Shown: positions 40,983 through 50,969 of the stretch, piece after piece
Layout of the letters: each line of letters opens with the position of its first letter
Numbering within the stretch: the stretch's first letter is position 1
From: Candidatus Moraniibacteriota bacterium
Lineage (GTDB): Bacteria > Patescibacteriota > Minisyncoccia > Moranbacterales > GCA-2747515
Direction of reading: 5' to 3'
Assembly: GCA_027031495.1 (NCBI GenBank)
Contig: JALVQA010000020.1
Coordinates: forward strand, 1-60,866
Length of the DNA stretch: 60,866 nucleotides
Made by a program: the position numbers and the translations under genes
Notes under the pieces: model-generated
Told to the model about the DNA's origin: nothing
The model's database searches: none
The model's input: only the letters and a program-made list of their open reading frames with translations

Positions 40983-42464
40983 CTATGAGAGAAGCTCTTT
41001 GAGCATTTGTGTTGCTTTTTGTGGGTTCGCCTTACCTTTAGTTTCTTTCATCACCTGTCCCATAAGGTATTTCAGAGCATTGTCCTTGCCTGCTTTGTAG
41101 TCAGCGACAGACTGCGGATTTGCGTCCACAACAGCGCGCACCACTTTCTCCAGCACATCATCGTCATCCATCTGCGCAAGACCGTGCTCATCAATGATGC
41201 GACTTGGATCATCTTCCGGCCCTTCATACATGAGCGTGAGTACTTTTTGTGCAGCGCTAGAATTGATTTTGCCGTCAGCAATAAAACCAATCAGTTCTGC
41301 AAAGTTCTCCGGCGTAATCCTGATATCGGCAATCGTTTTTTGATCTCGCACCATATACGCCTGCAATTCATTGACAAGGTAGTTTGCCGCAAGTTTCACC
41401 AAACGCTCTTTCTGTGCATGAACTTCTTCCGAGGCGCACTTTTCGTACAACTCACTCACAACGTGCTCAAAGTAATCGGCAAAATCTTTATCAGAAATAA
41501 TAACGTCAAGATTTTCCTCACTGATGCCATATTCCTCTCGAAAGCGTGCACGCTTAGCAGATGGCAACTCCGGTAACGTACGTCGCAGCTCTTCAATATA
41601 CGCATCGTCAAACACCATTGGCGGAATGTCCGGCTCTGGAAAATAGCGATAATCGTGTGCCGATTCTTTTGCGCGCTGACTAAAGGTCAATTGCTTCACA
41701 TCATCCCAGCCGCGTGTTTCCTGTACAACTGCCTCGCCACTTTCCAAAACTTCCGTCTGTCGCTTAATCTCATATGCCACCGCACGCTCAACAGTACGAA
41801 ACGAGTTCAGGTTCTTAATTTCCACCTTTGTGCCGGAGAGCTTTTCTTCACCTTCTTTGTGCAGTGAAATGTTGACCTCACAGCGCATCTGCCCCTTCTC
41901 CATATCCGCATCAGAGATGCCGAGATAGCGAATAATGCGCTGGAGATTTTGGCAAAATTCTCGTGCCTCGGCACCGCTCTCAATATCCGGCTCGGTCACC
42001 AACTCCATCAGTGGCACACCGGCGCGATTGAGGTCCACCAGTGTATAATCAGCGCCCTTGGGGTGACGCGACTTCCCCGTGTCCTCCTCCATGTGAATAC
42101 GCGTAATGCCAATTGTCCGCTCACCAACCTTCAACTTTCCATTCTGACACAATGGCTGGTCATACTGTGAGATTTGATACCCCTTTGGCAAATCAGGGTA
42201 AAAGTAGTTTTTGCGATCAAATTTTGTCTCGCGCAAAATCTCACACTCCAGCGCCAGTCCCGCACGTTGCACGGCGCGAATGGCAGCCTCATTCGGCACC
42301 GGTAGCGTGCCGGGTTGCGCCGTCGTAACAGGATCAATGTGCTCGTTTGGCGTCTCTTCCATGCCGAGTCCGTTCGTCTCAGAGCAAAACATCTTTGATG
42401 CCGTCTTCATTTCACAGTGTATCTCCATGCCAATTACAGGAATATATTTAGTCATATGTGTCAT
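40983..42464 (-). CDS. gatB: Asp-tRNA(Asn)/Glu-tRNA(Gln) amidotransferase subunit B
   Basis: VIGMEIH, RKNYFYPDLPKGYQISQ, EEDTGK, DLNRAGVPLMELV, YRYFPEPD. Confidence 0.98.
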   Translation of the reverse strand: MTHMTKYIPVIGMEIHCEMKTASKMFCSETNGLGMEETPNEHIDPVTTAQPGTLPVPNEAAIRAVQRAGLALECEILRETKFDRKNYFYPDLPKGYQISQYDQPLCQNGKLKVGERTIGITRIHMEEDTGKSRHPKGADYTLVDLNRAGVPLMELVTEPDIESGAEAREFCQNLQRIIRYLGISDADMEKGQMRCEVNISLHKEGEEKLSGTKVEIKNLNSFRTVERAVAYEIKRQTEVLESGEAVVQETRGWDDVKQLTFSQRAKESAHDYRYFPEPDIPPMVFDDAYIEELRRTLPELPSAKRARFREEYGISEENLDVIISDKDFADYFEHVVSELYEKCASEEVHAQKERLVKLAANYLVNELQAYMVRDQKTIADIRITPENFAELIGFIADGKINSSAAQKVLTLMYEGPEDDPSRIIDEHGLAQMDDDDVLEKVVRAVVDANPQSVADYKAGKDNALKYLMGQVMKETKGKANPQKATQMLKELLS

Positions 42465-42544
42465 TCTACAGTTTGTTTATCTAATACGTCATATTCATAA
42501 TACTCTCAAAGAAAAGTGTACGCAAGTTTACATTTTTGCAAAAC

Positions 42545-42574
42545 AAAAAACAGCGCACATGCGCCGTTTTTTTT
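42545..42574 (-). terminator. Terminator downstream of the FKBP gene
   Basis: Minus strand aaacggcgc-atgt-gcgctgtttttt. Confidence 0.6.
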
Positions 42575-42582
42575 ACTATTGA

Positions 42583-43629
42583 CTATGACTCACTGCTGTT
42601 TTTTTCGCTATCACTTGTGGTAGTATCACTATCTTCAGCATTCTCTTCTTCGTCACTATCATTTTGCTTATTATCAACAGCATCTTTACCGATGCCAACG
42701 ACTTCAACTTCAAAGATTAATGCTTCATTTGGACCGATGCCTGCCGGCGGCATACCAGCCTCACCATATGCCTGATCCGCAGGAATAACAATCTCCCACT
42801 TATCGCCAACACGCATATTCTTTAGTGCTTCAGCAAAGCCGGGAATGACCATTTTTGAATTAAGTGTAACGGGCTTATCTGAACCATTTGCACGTGAGCT
42901 ATCAAACTCTTCACCGGTAATATGTGTACCACGATAGTGGATTTGCACATCAGAATCACCAACACGCGCACCATCACCTTCCTCCTTTACAGTATAAAGC
43001 GTGCCATTGTCTAACTTATGTACGTCATCCTTCTTTGCGTACTCTTCTACAAACTTTTCACTCTTCTTGAGATTTTCTTGTGCCTCTGCTGCTGCTTTTT
43101 CTCGCTCCATTTGTAGACGTTGCTCAAGCAGTTTTTGCACTTGTTCTTCTGAAAGTAATGGTTGCGCATCTTCCTTTATAGCATCACTAAGACCCTTCAT
43201 AAACATATCCATATCCATCTCATCATGACCAGGCGCTTGTGCAAGCATTTGCGCAACCTGCTTTCCAAGTACTGTACCAACTGCATATCCCCATTGTTGT
43301 GCATTTTTTGCATCAACATCCTCAACCGTCTTTGGCATGCCAGAAAAGAGACCGCGAAATGATGATGAAGTACCTTTTGACTTGAAGTATACTCCGCTGC
43401 CAATAAGCACAACAATAATGATAATCACCGTCCACCCACGAGCACTAATACCTTTCATGGGACAGCGAGATGTTTTTCTCTTGCGACGTCGCGCTGACGA
43501 TACTTGTGCACGCTCACCTCTTTCAAACTTACGTGCATACTCTTCCTGTGCACTGCGTGCCTCCTCATTTGTATAAGCGTCAGTGCCTACCGTAGACACA
43601 CTCTCTTGATTTTCTTTTTCTTTTTTCAT
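42583..43629 (-). CDS. FKBP-type peptidyl-prolyl isomerase (Mip/FkpA-like), membrane anchored
   Basis: YAVG dimerisation helix, HYRGT..TGEEFDSS, VIPGF.EAL..M..GDKW.IVIP...AYG, LIFEVEV. Confidence 0.93.
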   Translation of the reverse strand: MKKEKENQESVSTVGTDAYTNEEARSAQEEYARKFERGERAQVSSARRRKRKTSRCPMKGISARGWTVIIIIVVLIGSGVYFKSKGTSSSFRGLFSGMPKTVEDVDAKNAQQWGYAVGTVLGKQVAQMLAQAPGHDEMDMDMFMKGLSDAIKEDAQPLLSEEQVQKLLEQRLQMEREKAAAEAQENLKKSEKFVEEYAKKDDVHKLDNGTLYTVKEEGDGARVGDSDVQIHYRGTHITGEEFDSSRANGSDKPVTLNSKMVIPGFAEALKNMRVGDKWEIVIPADQAYGEAGMPPAGIGPNEALIFEVEVVGIGKDAVDNKQNDSDEEENAEDSDTTTSDSEKNSSES

Positions 43630-43833
43630 AGTAGTAGATAACTTATTTAATTTACGCAAACACAACACGGATTATTGTCAAAAATCCATATATCTATATA
43701 AGCGTACATATACACTGTATAGTATATCACATTTTGTATAATTACAAAAAATCCCTTCATAAAAATGAAAAATGACCGATACTATATTATGCGCGCATCC
43801 TTCACAAAAAATGCTCTATTTCTTCTTTAATAT

Positions 43834-44643
43834 TTAATAGCCCGCCGCCTTTATTTGATTTGTAAGAATTTGCCACTTCTGCACACTGAGATCTTGCGGA
43901 CGCACATTACTTGCAAGACCGCAGCGCGTAATAAGCCCTCTTATCTCTTCCTTGTCACAGTGAAAACTGCTTGCTAAATTATTTACCAACATCTTACGGC
44001 GCGCACTGAAGCCGGCGCGCACAACGCGAAAAAATACCTTGTCTTCCTCCCGTGTCGTCTGTATACCACGGTGAACAATCTTGATGACTGCACTATCAAC
44101 GTTTGGCACCGGCACAAACGCCGTACGTGGCACCTCACACACCAACGATACATCGCCATAGTATTGCACTGCTACAGAGAGGATGCTCATCGCACCGGGT
44201 GATGCCATAATTCGCTCAGCCATTTCCTTTTGAACCATCAGCACCAGGTGTGTCGGCGGCACATCTTTGTTTTCCATAAACAGTCGCACGATGGATGATG
44301 TGATGTAGTATGGCAAATTTGCCACAACGCAGTATGTTGTGATATCGTGACGCGCGAGCAGTTCTTTCAGGTGCACACGTCGGATATCGGCATGTTCTAT
44401 GAAGACGTTTTTTTTCTGTGCAAAACGCTCTCTCAGAAGAGGAACAAGATCATTATCAACTTCAATTGCAATTACCTTGCCAGCATGATCTGCAAGTGGT
44501 TGCGTAAGAATGCCTTCACCGGGACCAACTTCTACAACAGTAGATGTGTGATCAATATCGGCGACAGCGATGATCTGGTCTATTACATTCTTATCACGCA
44601 AAAAGTTTTGTCCTAGTGATTTTTTAGGTTTATGCTGTACCAT
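43834..44643 (-). CDS. rsmA: 16S rRNA m62A dimethyltransferase
   Basis: KSLGQNFL, EVGPG.G.LT, VANLPYYITS, F.P.PNVDS. Confidence 0.97.
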   Translation of the reverse strand: MVQHKPKKSLGQNFLRDKNVIDQIIAVADIDHTSTVVEVGPGEGILTQPLADHAGKVIAIEVDNDLVPLLRERFAQKKNVFIEHADIRRVHLKELLARHDITTYCVVANLPYYITSSIVRLFMENKDVPPTHLVLMVQKEMAERIMASPGAMSILSVAVQYYGDVSLVCEVPRTAFVPVPNVDSAVIKIVHRGIQTTREEDKVFFRVVRAGFSARRKMLVNNLASSFHCDKEEIRGLITRCGLASNVRPQDLSVQKWQILTNQIKAAGY

Positions 44644-45004
44644 AGCGTTTTTCATGTTTACCCTTCAAATGCACCTTCTGACGCTTTTTTACAGTTTCCC
44701 AACACTCGTTAGAGCCACTTAAAAGTGCGTCAAAACGTTCTGCATATTTTTGAGCACCATGACGTAAAACAGCATCAGCACTATCAATGAGACCCTCTTT
44801 CTCACACTGCACTAAAAGATTGCAATAATCCCACAAAATATCGCTCAGCTCATCTGTGAGATAGATGTTATTATTGCGCTTTAGTTCATTATATACTTCG
44901 TCTATTTCATCACGTAAACCGTCAAGATATTCCCGCGCACTACGCGCAGCACCATTGCATCGTGTATTATCACGCGCGTATTTAAATACTGTATCAAAAG
45001 ACAT
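44630..45004 (-). CDS. MazG-like NTP pyrophosphatase
   Basis: DEIDEV…DELSDILW acidic motif, KY.ERF. Confidence 0.8.
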   Translation of the reverse strand: MSFDTVFKYARDNTRCNGAARSAREYLDGLRDEIDEVYNELKRNNNIYLTDELSDILWDYCNLLVQCEKEGLIDSADAVLRHGAQKYAERFDALLSGSNECWETVKKRQKVHLKGKHEKRYGTA

Positions 45005-45015
45005 AGAAACGTATC

Positions 45016-45954
45016 TTACTGTTTTACTTCTTCCATAATAACATCAATCACGCCGGCGCCGGGAGAAGCAATCTTCTTAAAGGCAACTTTGTCCAGATCA
45101 ATAATACGGCCCGGCACAAACGGTCCGCGGTCATTGATGCGCACGACCACACTTTTGCCATTTGCTTTATTTGTCACTTTAACATAACTCCCCTTCGGCA
45201 ACCACGGATTGGCGGCGCAGTCGCATCCTTTGTATGCATACCAACTTGCCTGCCCCGTGTGCTTTTTGCCAAGTTTCAGTTTTGTGCCTTTGGCAATAAT
45301 CTCATCTTGTGGTTTTTCTATAACGATGCGCCGCACTTCCTTGCGCTGCACTTCTTTGCCGCCTTTGTATGTAACGCGCTCAATAACGCGGACACGCCCT
45401 TTCTTTCCCTTCTGTACAGTGCGTGTTGTGCCAAAGGGAAGTGATTTATCCGCGCGTGTTATCGTCTTAAATGGCATACTCATGTTTCGCTCTTCTTCGC
45501 GTGTCTCAACATGCGCAACACTAATCGTCATACCGTTTATAATGGGCGTTCTTAGCGGCGGCGTAATATCATCAATACCAGCAGTGTATGCAATGCCGCA
45601 TATGCGCAGCAACATCCCTACATCGGACGCATATCCTTTACACGTGCGTTCCGTGCCATCAACATCTACTGTTACAGCGTGTTCACGTATAACCTCAATG
45701 ACCATGCCAGATGTAACGCGTGTTGTACGTGGCGGAATAGTGCGATCGCCATGATCAAGTGACCATCCTGCTTGTGCAAGAAAATCATCAACCGTATTTC
45801 CCGTCGCACGAGCAACTACGGTGACACCATCCTCTATAACACGGAGCGTTTTTTCTGCCTGCGTATCTTCCCGTAGAGCATCCTTAGCATGAAAATGTAT
45901 ACCATAAGCAAATACGCTCATACCGATAATACTGACAACAAAAATACGCTTCAT
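45016..45954 (-). CDS. DUF348-G5-RlpA(DPBB) cell-wall lytic protein
   Basis: Two DUF348-like repeats, G5 (Q.G.KG…P.DEII..GT), RlpA GQASWY…AAN..LP.GS.VKVTN..NGKSVVVRINDRGPF…RIIDL. Confidence 0.88.
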   Translation of the reverse strand: MKRIFVVSIIGMSVFAYGIHFHAKDALREDTQAEKTLRVIEDGVTVVARATGNTVDDFLAQAGWSLDHGDRTIPPRTTRVTSGMVIEVIREHAVTVDVDGTERTCKGYASDVGMLLRICGIAYTAGIDDITPPLRTPIINGMTISVAHVETREEERNMSMPFKTITRADKSLPFGTTRTVQKGKKGRVRVIERVTYKGGKEVQRKEVRRIVIEKPQDEIIAKGTKLKLGKKHTGQASWYAYKGCDCAANPWLPKGSYVKVTNKANGKSVVVRINDRGPFVPGRIIDLDKVAFKKIASPGAGVIDVIMEEVKQ

Positions 45955-45956
45955 AG

Positions 45957-47492
45957 CTAGTATCCCATTGTATCATCCGTAAAACGATATTGTATTGCTT
46001 CAGCAACATGGGGTGATTGAATGCGCTCACTCTGCGCCAAATCTGCGATTGTACGTGCAATTTTAATGAGGCGATGGTATGCACGCGCTGAAAGATTAAG
46101 TGATGAAATGGCACGACGCAAAAGATCTTTGCTTTCCTGGTCAAGAACACAATATTTTTCTATATCAGCAACACTCATCGTACTATTTGTGCGTTGCTGT
46201 CCAAAGCGCTGCGCTTGAAGCATTCGTGCACGCGTTACACGCTCGCGAATAGTCGCGCTTGTCTCACCCGTACGCGCACTCTCAAGGTGACTGATCTTTA
46301 CACGCGGTACCGCGACGTGCAGATCTATGCGATCCATAATAGGACCGGAGATTTTCTGTTGATAACGTGCACGCTGTATCTGTGAGCACTTGCAGACGCG
46401 CTCTGGATCTGTTGCGTAGCCACACGGACATGGGTTCATTGCGGCGACAAGAATAAAGTTTGCGGGAAATGTTGCATGTCCACGTGCGCGCGTCACTGTA
46501 ACGACAGCATCTTCAAGTGGTTGACGCAAGTTTTCAAGAACGGTGCGTGGAAACTCAGCAAACTCATCAAGAAAGAGTACACCATGGTGCGCCAATGAAA
46601 TCTCACCAGGTTTCGGCACAGCTCCACCACCGATAAGTGAAACAGCTGACGCGCTGTGGTGTGGCGTACGAAAGGGACGTGTTGTAATAAGTGCAACACC
46701 CTTTTGCAAATGCCCAGCAATAGAGTAAATCTTTGTCACTTCCAAACTCTCTTCCAAAGTAAGATCCGGCAGGATACTCGGAAGCGCCTTTGCCATGAGC
46801 GTCTTACCACTACCTGGCGTCCCGCTCATTAAGACATTGTGCCCGCCGGCAGCGGCAATTTCCAGTGCGCGCTTTGCCTGCTCTTGACCACGTACATCCG
46901 CCATATCAACACTGTACATTTGTCCATTACGTTCAACGTCATCAAATGTTGTATGTGGCGTTGGCATAATACGTGACGCGCCACTAAGATGCGCAACTAC
47001 CTGTGTCAGATTTTTTACACCATAAACCGTTACGCCTTCAACCACACTCGCCTCAGATGCATTCGCAGCGGGAACATAAACTTCGCTAATCCCCCGCTCT
47101 TTTGCTAAAAGCGCCATTGGCAAAACACCAACAACACTACGTACACTGCCATCAAGGGCGAGCTCTCCCAAAAACATCTTGCCGGCCATATTCGCGTCTA
47201 TCTGCCGTGTCGCACTTAAAATACCAAGTGCAATCGGAAGATCATAGATCGGTCCCGCTTTTGGTAAATCGGCAGGCGCAAGATTAACCGTAATGCGCCC
47301 ACACTGGTGCACGGGCTTCATGCCGGTATTCTTGATCGCCGCACCAACACGGTCGCGTGATTCTTTTATGGCTGTATCAGGCAGACCAACAATTGTAAAA
47401 TTGTGCAACCCGCCCGTAAGAACATCAACCTCCACCTCGATAGTTTCCCCATCTAGACCAACTGTTGCAGCTGAAAAAATTTTCGCAGGCAT
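45957..47492 (-). CDS. comM: YifB/ComM Mg-chelatase-like AAA+ ATPase
   Basis: VGLPDTAIKESRDRV, GHNVLMSG.PGSGKT, PGEISLAH.GVLFLDE, NPCPCG, LSARAY. Confidence 0.93.
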   Translation of the reverse strand: MPAKIFSAATVGLDGETIEVEVDVLTGGLHNFTIVGLPDTAIKESRDRVGAAIKNTGMKPVHQCGRITVNLAPADLPKAGPIYDLPIALGILSATRQIDANMAGKMFLGELALDGSVRSVVGVLPMALLAKERGISEVYVPAANASEASVVEGVTVYGVKNLTQVVAHLSGASRIMPTPHTTFDDVERNGQMYSVDMADVRGQEQAKRALEIAAAGGHNVLMSGTPGSGKTLMAKALPSILPDLTLEESLEVTKIYSIAGHLQKGVALITTRPFRTPHHSASAVSLIGGGAVPKPGEISLAHHGVLFLDEFAEFPRTVLENLRQPLEDAVVTVTRARGHATFPANFILVAAMNPCPCGYATDPERVCKCSQIQRARYQQKISGPIMDRIDLHVAVPRVKISHLESARTGETSATIRERVTRARMLQAQRFGQQRTNSTMSVADIEKYCVLDQESKDLLRRAISSLNLSARAYHRLIKIARTIADLAQSERIQSPHVAEAIQYRFTDDTMGY

Positions 47493-47520
47493 AAACTTCT
47501 CTTACTTACATGCTTTCATT

Positions 47521-47997
47521 TTAGTCTATCACATTGGTAGTAGTGCGCGTATGACAACCATCTCCTTGCGCAGGCACAACGACAATCATGTGCCACAAAA
47601 GAAGTGCAACACCAGCTGCGATAAGTGCATCGGCAATATTAAAATGCCACAGACCGAAAAACGCTACAAAATCAGTAACGCATCCATAGTAAACCCTATC
47701 AATCAAATTGCCGCTACCACCAGCAATAAGAAGTGCTAAACCAACACGTTCTACAAGAGCATGACCACGGTGACGCATAAACCATGCACATAAAAGGATG
47801 ATAATAATAACCGTCACGATTACTGTTACGCTACGCGGTGCCGCCACACCAAGCGCAATACCGTCATTACACAGAAGAACACCTTCACCCAGGTTCTTGC
47901 GTGCCCAAAGTTTTGTTATTTGGTCAATAAACACAAAAAACAGCATCCCTCCAACAAGGAACACTGTTTGTTGCATATTGTTCACCATCTTACGCAT
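47521..47997 (-). CDS. lspA: Lipoprotein signal peptidase II
   Basis: DQITK, N.GIALG, GNLIDR, V.DF, FNIAD. Start uncertain. Confidence 0.9.
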   Translation of the reverse strand: MRKMVNNMQQTVFLVGGMLFFVFIDQITKLWARKNLGEGVLLCNDGIALGVAAPRSVTVIVTVIIIILLCAWFMRHRGHALVERVGLALLIAGGSGNLIDRVYYGCVTDFVAFFGLWHFNIADALIAAGVALLLWHMIVVVPAQGDGCHTRTTTNVID

Positions 47998-48340
47998 CAA
48001 CAACCGTTCGCGCTGCAGGATATGCCTCAAGGCGCTCTAGTGGGATTTCTCGTCCCGTTTTCTCACAGATGCCATACGTCCCGTTCTCCATCTTTGCAAG
48101 TGCATCATTTACATCCTTTAACTGTGCTTCAAGCGCCTTCTCCACCGCAAGCATATCTGCAAACTCCTCCACTTCTGTCGCATTCTCATCGTTGCGATCA
48201 CCAATATCATCCGGAAACTTAACTTCAAATTTACCGTCCTCTTTTTTACGTGCAATAGCACTTAGTTCCCTCTCTAGTCGTTCCTTCTCTTTCTGAAGTT
48301 TTACACGAAGCTCTTCGAGTTTTGCTTGATCTAATGCCAT
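47990..48340 (-). CDS. DksA/TraR-family protein
   Basis: Coiled coil with DRNDENA tip, V.DAL.K.E.GTYGICE..G..IP.ERLEA.P.AR. Confidence 0.88.
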   Translation of the reverse strand: MALDQAKLEELRVKLQKEKERLERELSAIARKKEDGKFEVKFPDDIGDRNDENATEVEEFADMLAVEKALEAQLKDVNDALAKMENGTYGICEKTGREIPLERLEAYPAARTVVDA

Positions 48341-48625
48341 AGTAACCACTGTTTAATGCTATTAGTAGTGTAAGCCATTATATCATCACATCATTACTCG
48401 TGCAACAACATACTACATGCGTACGATACACTTTTTCTAAAAGTACACAACTTTAATATACCCTCATAGACCGCATAAGTACTTATGTAAGAACACTTAC
48501 AAAGTGTGGCAGTAAAGATCGTCCATCACAGCAGCGCATATATTTGCAGCAAAATCTATTCTGTAGTTTACTGTAGATAAAATAAGCACAAAAAACACAT
48601 ATAATTTCTAAGTTATAAAAAATCA

Positions 48626-49498
48626 ATGGAAACTATAGAAGGTGTCGTGCGGCGAGAACAACGAATAGAAAACTCTGCTGAACAGAATAAGCAGAAAAGT
48701 GAGATGGTGATTGTTTTGGGTGCATCTCTTAATGAGACACGACATGGGCAATATGAGAATTTTCCACTGCACGTGAAAGGTAATCCAAAGGCAAACTTGG
48801 AAAAAGATGGTGAACCAGTAGAGGTTGTCGGCGGTGATGCGCGTCAACGTGCTGTCGTCCAGTATGTTAAAAAATTTAAGAAGGATAATCCTGATAAAAA
48901 TATCAATATTTTTACGGTTGGCGGTGTAGAACAGAGCGGAAAATCTCGTGCTAAGGAAATGAGGAAAAAGCTTATTGTTAAGCATAAGCTCGATAGAGAT
49001 ATGGTACATGCACTGCCATCAACGGGCTCTACATTTGGTAATGCTCGCGCTTTGGCTGAATGGGCAAAGAATCATCCTGATAAAGTTGGCAAGCTAAAAA
49101 AAATCAAAATTCTAACAAATGGCTTTCATGCAATGCGTGCATGGGCAATGTTTACACATGCTTTGCACGAAGAATATCTTGGAAAGGATCTTGCCAATGA
49201 AATGTCCGATGATGACAAGAAAAAAATTGAAAAGATTCTCACAGATACGCTGGAAGATCAGATAAAAGGTGATATGAAAGCTCTACGTAAGATTCAGCAA
49301 GTGTATGCGAAATATCTAGAAAACGATCCTATCAAAGTTGACGTTATTATTGCAGAAAACATGATTGCATTGTCCGGTGAACCTGCTCATCAAAAGTATG
49401 CAAAGCTTTTGCGCACTGACAGTCTCGTTCAGCAGGCACGCATAAATGAACGCAAAGGTCTTAATGATTTACTTGCCGGCAAGTACCGTGTGCGCTAA
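48626..49498 (+). CDS. Divergent YdcF/DUF218-like protein
   Basis: IVLGA, TVGG, STFGNA and LTNGFHAMRA motifs; no N-terminal TM. Confidence 0.7.
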   Translation: METIEGVVRREQRIENSAEQNKQKSEMVIVLGASLNETRHGQYENFPLHVKGNPKANLEKDGEPVEVVGGDARQRAVVQYVKKFKKDNPDKNINIFTVGGVEQSGKSRAKEMRKKLIVKHKLDRDMVHALPSTGSTFGNARALAEWAKNHPDKVGKLKKIKILTNGFHAMRAWAMFTHALHEEYLGKDLANEMSDDDKKKIEKILTDTLEDQIKGDMKALRKIQQVYAKYLENDPIKVDVIIAENMIALSGEPAHQKYAKLLRTDSLVQQARINERKGLNDLLAGKYRVR

Positions 49499-49578
49499 AC
49501 AGCGCGCGCACTATGCACATTGTGTGATGCACCCTATAATGCGTCGTACATTTTTTATTACTAAAAAGTGATAGAGCT

Positions 49579-50487
49579 ATGGACTGGACCTTTCTAGCAA
49601 TCATTTCAGCGGCGCTGCAGGCAGTGAGCCTTGCCATCAAAAAACACACATTACGAGTCGGTGGCATAAATGACATCGTTGCATTTTTCGTGTTTGCTGC
49701 AGCCAGTGTAACGCTTGGTGCAATATACTGGATGCTACACAAAACACTAGTGCACGATGCAATGACCTTGCGGCTCTGGTGGGACATCGCTATTGCAACG
49801 TTTTTCACCATACTTGGCGTAGTGTTCTCTTACAGGGCACTGGATATGGCAGATTTGTCATATTTGTCAGCATACTCTGTATGCGGCGTTTTCATAACAG
49901 CACTCATTGCGTTTTTTGTAGTTGGAGAAGTGCCAACAGCACGGCAATTTATTGGGGTGAGCATTATTGCACTCGGCTCTGTCGTTATGGAATATCGTGC
50001 ACACAAACACCTTTCTCATGCCGATAGACAAAAGGTGGCGCGTAACCGCACAGCACTCATATTCTTCTTCGCTGCAATTTTTTTCTACAGCATCCCACCG
50101 GCGTGGCAAAAAGACGCTGTCATCATTACACATGATGCACTCTTTGTTGCATATGTAACACACGTTGCTATTGCAATCGCCTTCGTGAGTATCGTATTTG
50201 TGCGCGGCGGCTTTCAACGAATGCGCAGCATCACGCAGACAATGCCGATATGGCAATTTGTGCTGTGGACAGTTGCTGCTGGCATAGTAGCAGCCGGTGC
50301 GAACGGAAGTGCGTATATAGCGTTCGCCAGTGGTCCGGTTGCGCCAATTGTCGCACTAAAGCGCCTTGCACCAATGTTCACCTTTTTCATTGGGTTATAC
50401 GCTTTTAGAGAAACGCTACACGCGCGCCGAAAACTTGTAGCAACAATTCTCATGATATGCGGCGCAATACTCGTTGCATTAGGATAA
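49579..50487 (+). CDS. EamA/DMT-family transporter
   Basis: Ten TMs in two repeats; GEVPT…IG..II..G and ET…RKLVA..L…G. Confidence 0.85.
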   Translation: MDWTFLAIISAALQAVSLAIKKHTLRVGGINDIVAFFVFAAASVTLGAIYWMLHKTLVHDAMTLRLWWDIAIATFFTILGVVFSYRALDMADLSYLSAYSVCGVFITALIAFFVVGEVPTARQFIGVSIIALGSVVMEYRAHKHLSHADRQKVARNRTALIFFFAAIFFYSIPPAWQKDAVIITHDALFVAYVTHVAIAIAFVSIVFVRGGFQRMRSITQTMPIWQFVLWTVAAGIVAAGANGSAYIAFASGPVAPIVALKRLAPMFTFFIGLYAFRETLHARRKLVATILMICGAILVALG

Positions 50488-50550
50488 GAAAGCAAAAACA
50501 CGAACGTCTCGTAACAATCCCACTGCTGTGGTATAACACACTAAAATAAA

Positions 50551-50571
50551 AGTCGCAGACAAGCTGCGACT
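50551..50571. terminator. Terminator between convergent eamA-like and csp genes
   Basis: agtcgcag-acaag-ctgcgact. Confidence 0.7.
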
Positions 50572-50594
50572 CTCTCATATGATTAATTCAACAC

Positions 50595-50795
50595 TTATAC
50601 GCGCTTTATGTTGACTGCGTGCGTGCCTTTTGGTCCGTCACTTACTTCAAATTCCACTTTCTCACCCTCCTTTAAGTCATTGAAATTTACATCTTGTAGT
50701 TCACTTGCGTGGAAGAAAATATCCTTTTCTTCACCATCGCGAGCAATGAAACCAAAACCTTTGTCCGTCAGACGAACGATTGTTCCTGTTGCCAT
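50595..50795 (-). CDS. cspA: Cold-shock protein
   Basis: KGFGFI (RNP1), DIFFHAS (RNP2), GPKG..AVNI. Confidence 0.95.
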   Translation of the reverse strand: MATGTIVRLTDKGFGFIARDGEEKDIFFHASELQDVNFNDLKEGEKVEFEVSDGPKGTHAVNIKRV

Positions 50796-50886
50796 GATGT
50801 CATTATAATCACGAATTACTCATACACATGGCATGAACATCAAAGATCATAATGATATTTTCTGTCACAACCTTGTATATAGAGCA

Positions 50887-50915
50887 AGTATAAAGAAGAA
50901 AGCATATCCTGTCAA
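50887..50915 (-). promoter_or_regulatory. sigma70 promoter of csp, giving an ~85-nt 5' UTR
   Basis: TTGACA-17 nt-TATACT. Confidence 0.7.
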
Positions 50916-50969
50916 TTATCGGATATGTCACTGAATGCAGAGCATGAGCAGCATTCTTTGCACATTTGT

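Noticed and set aside
50525-50545. TG-TATAAC promoter-like motif pointing antisense to csp
   Set aside because: No credible -35, and it runs straight into the terminator hairpin.
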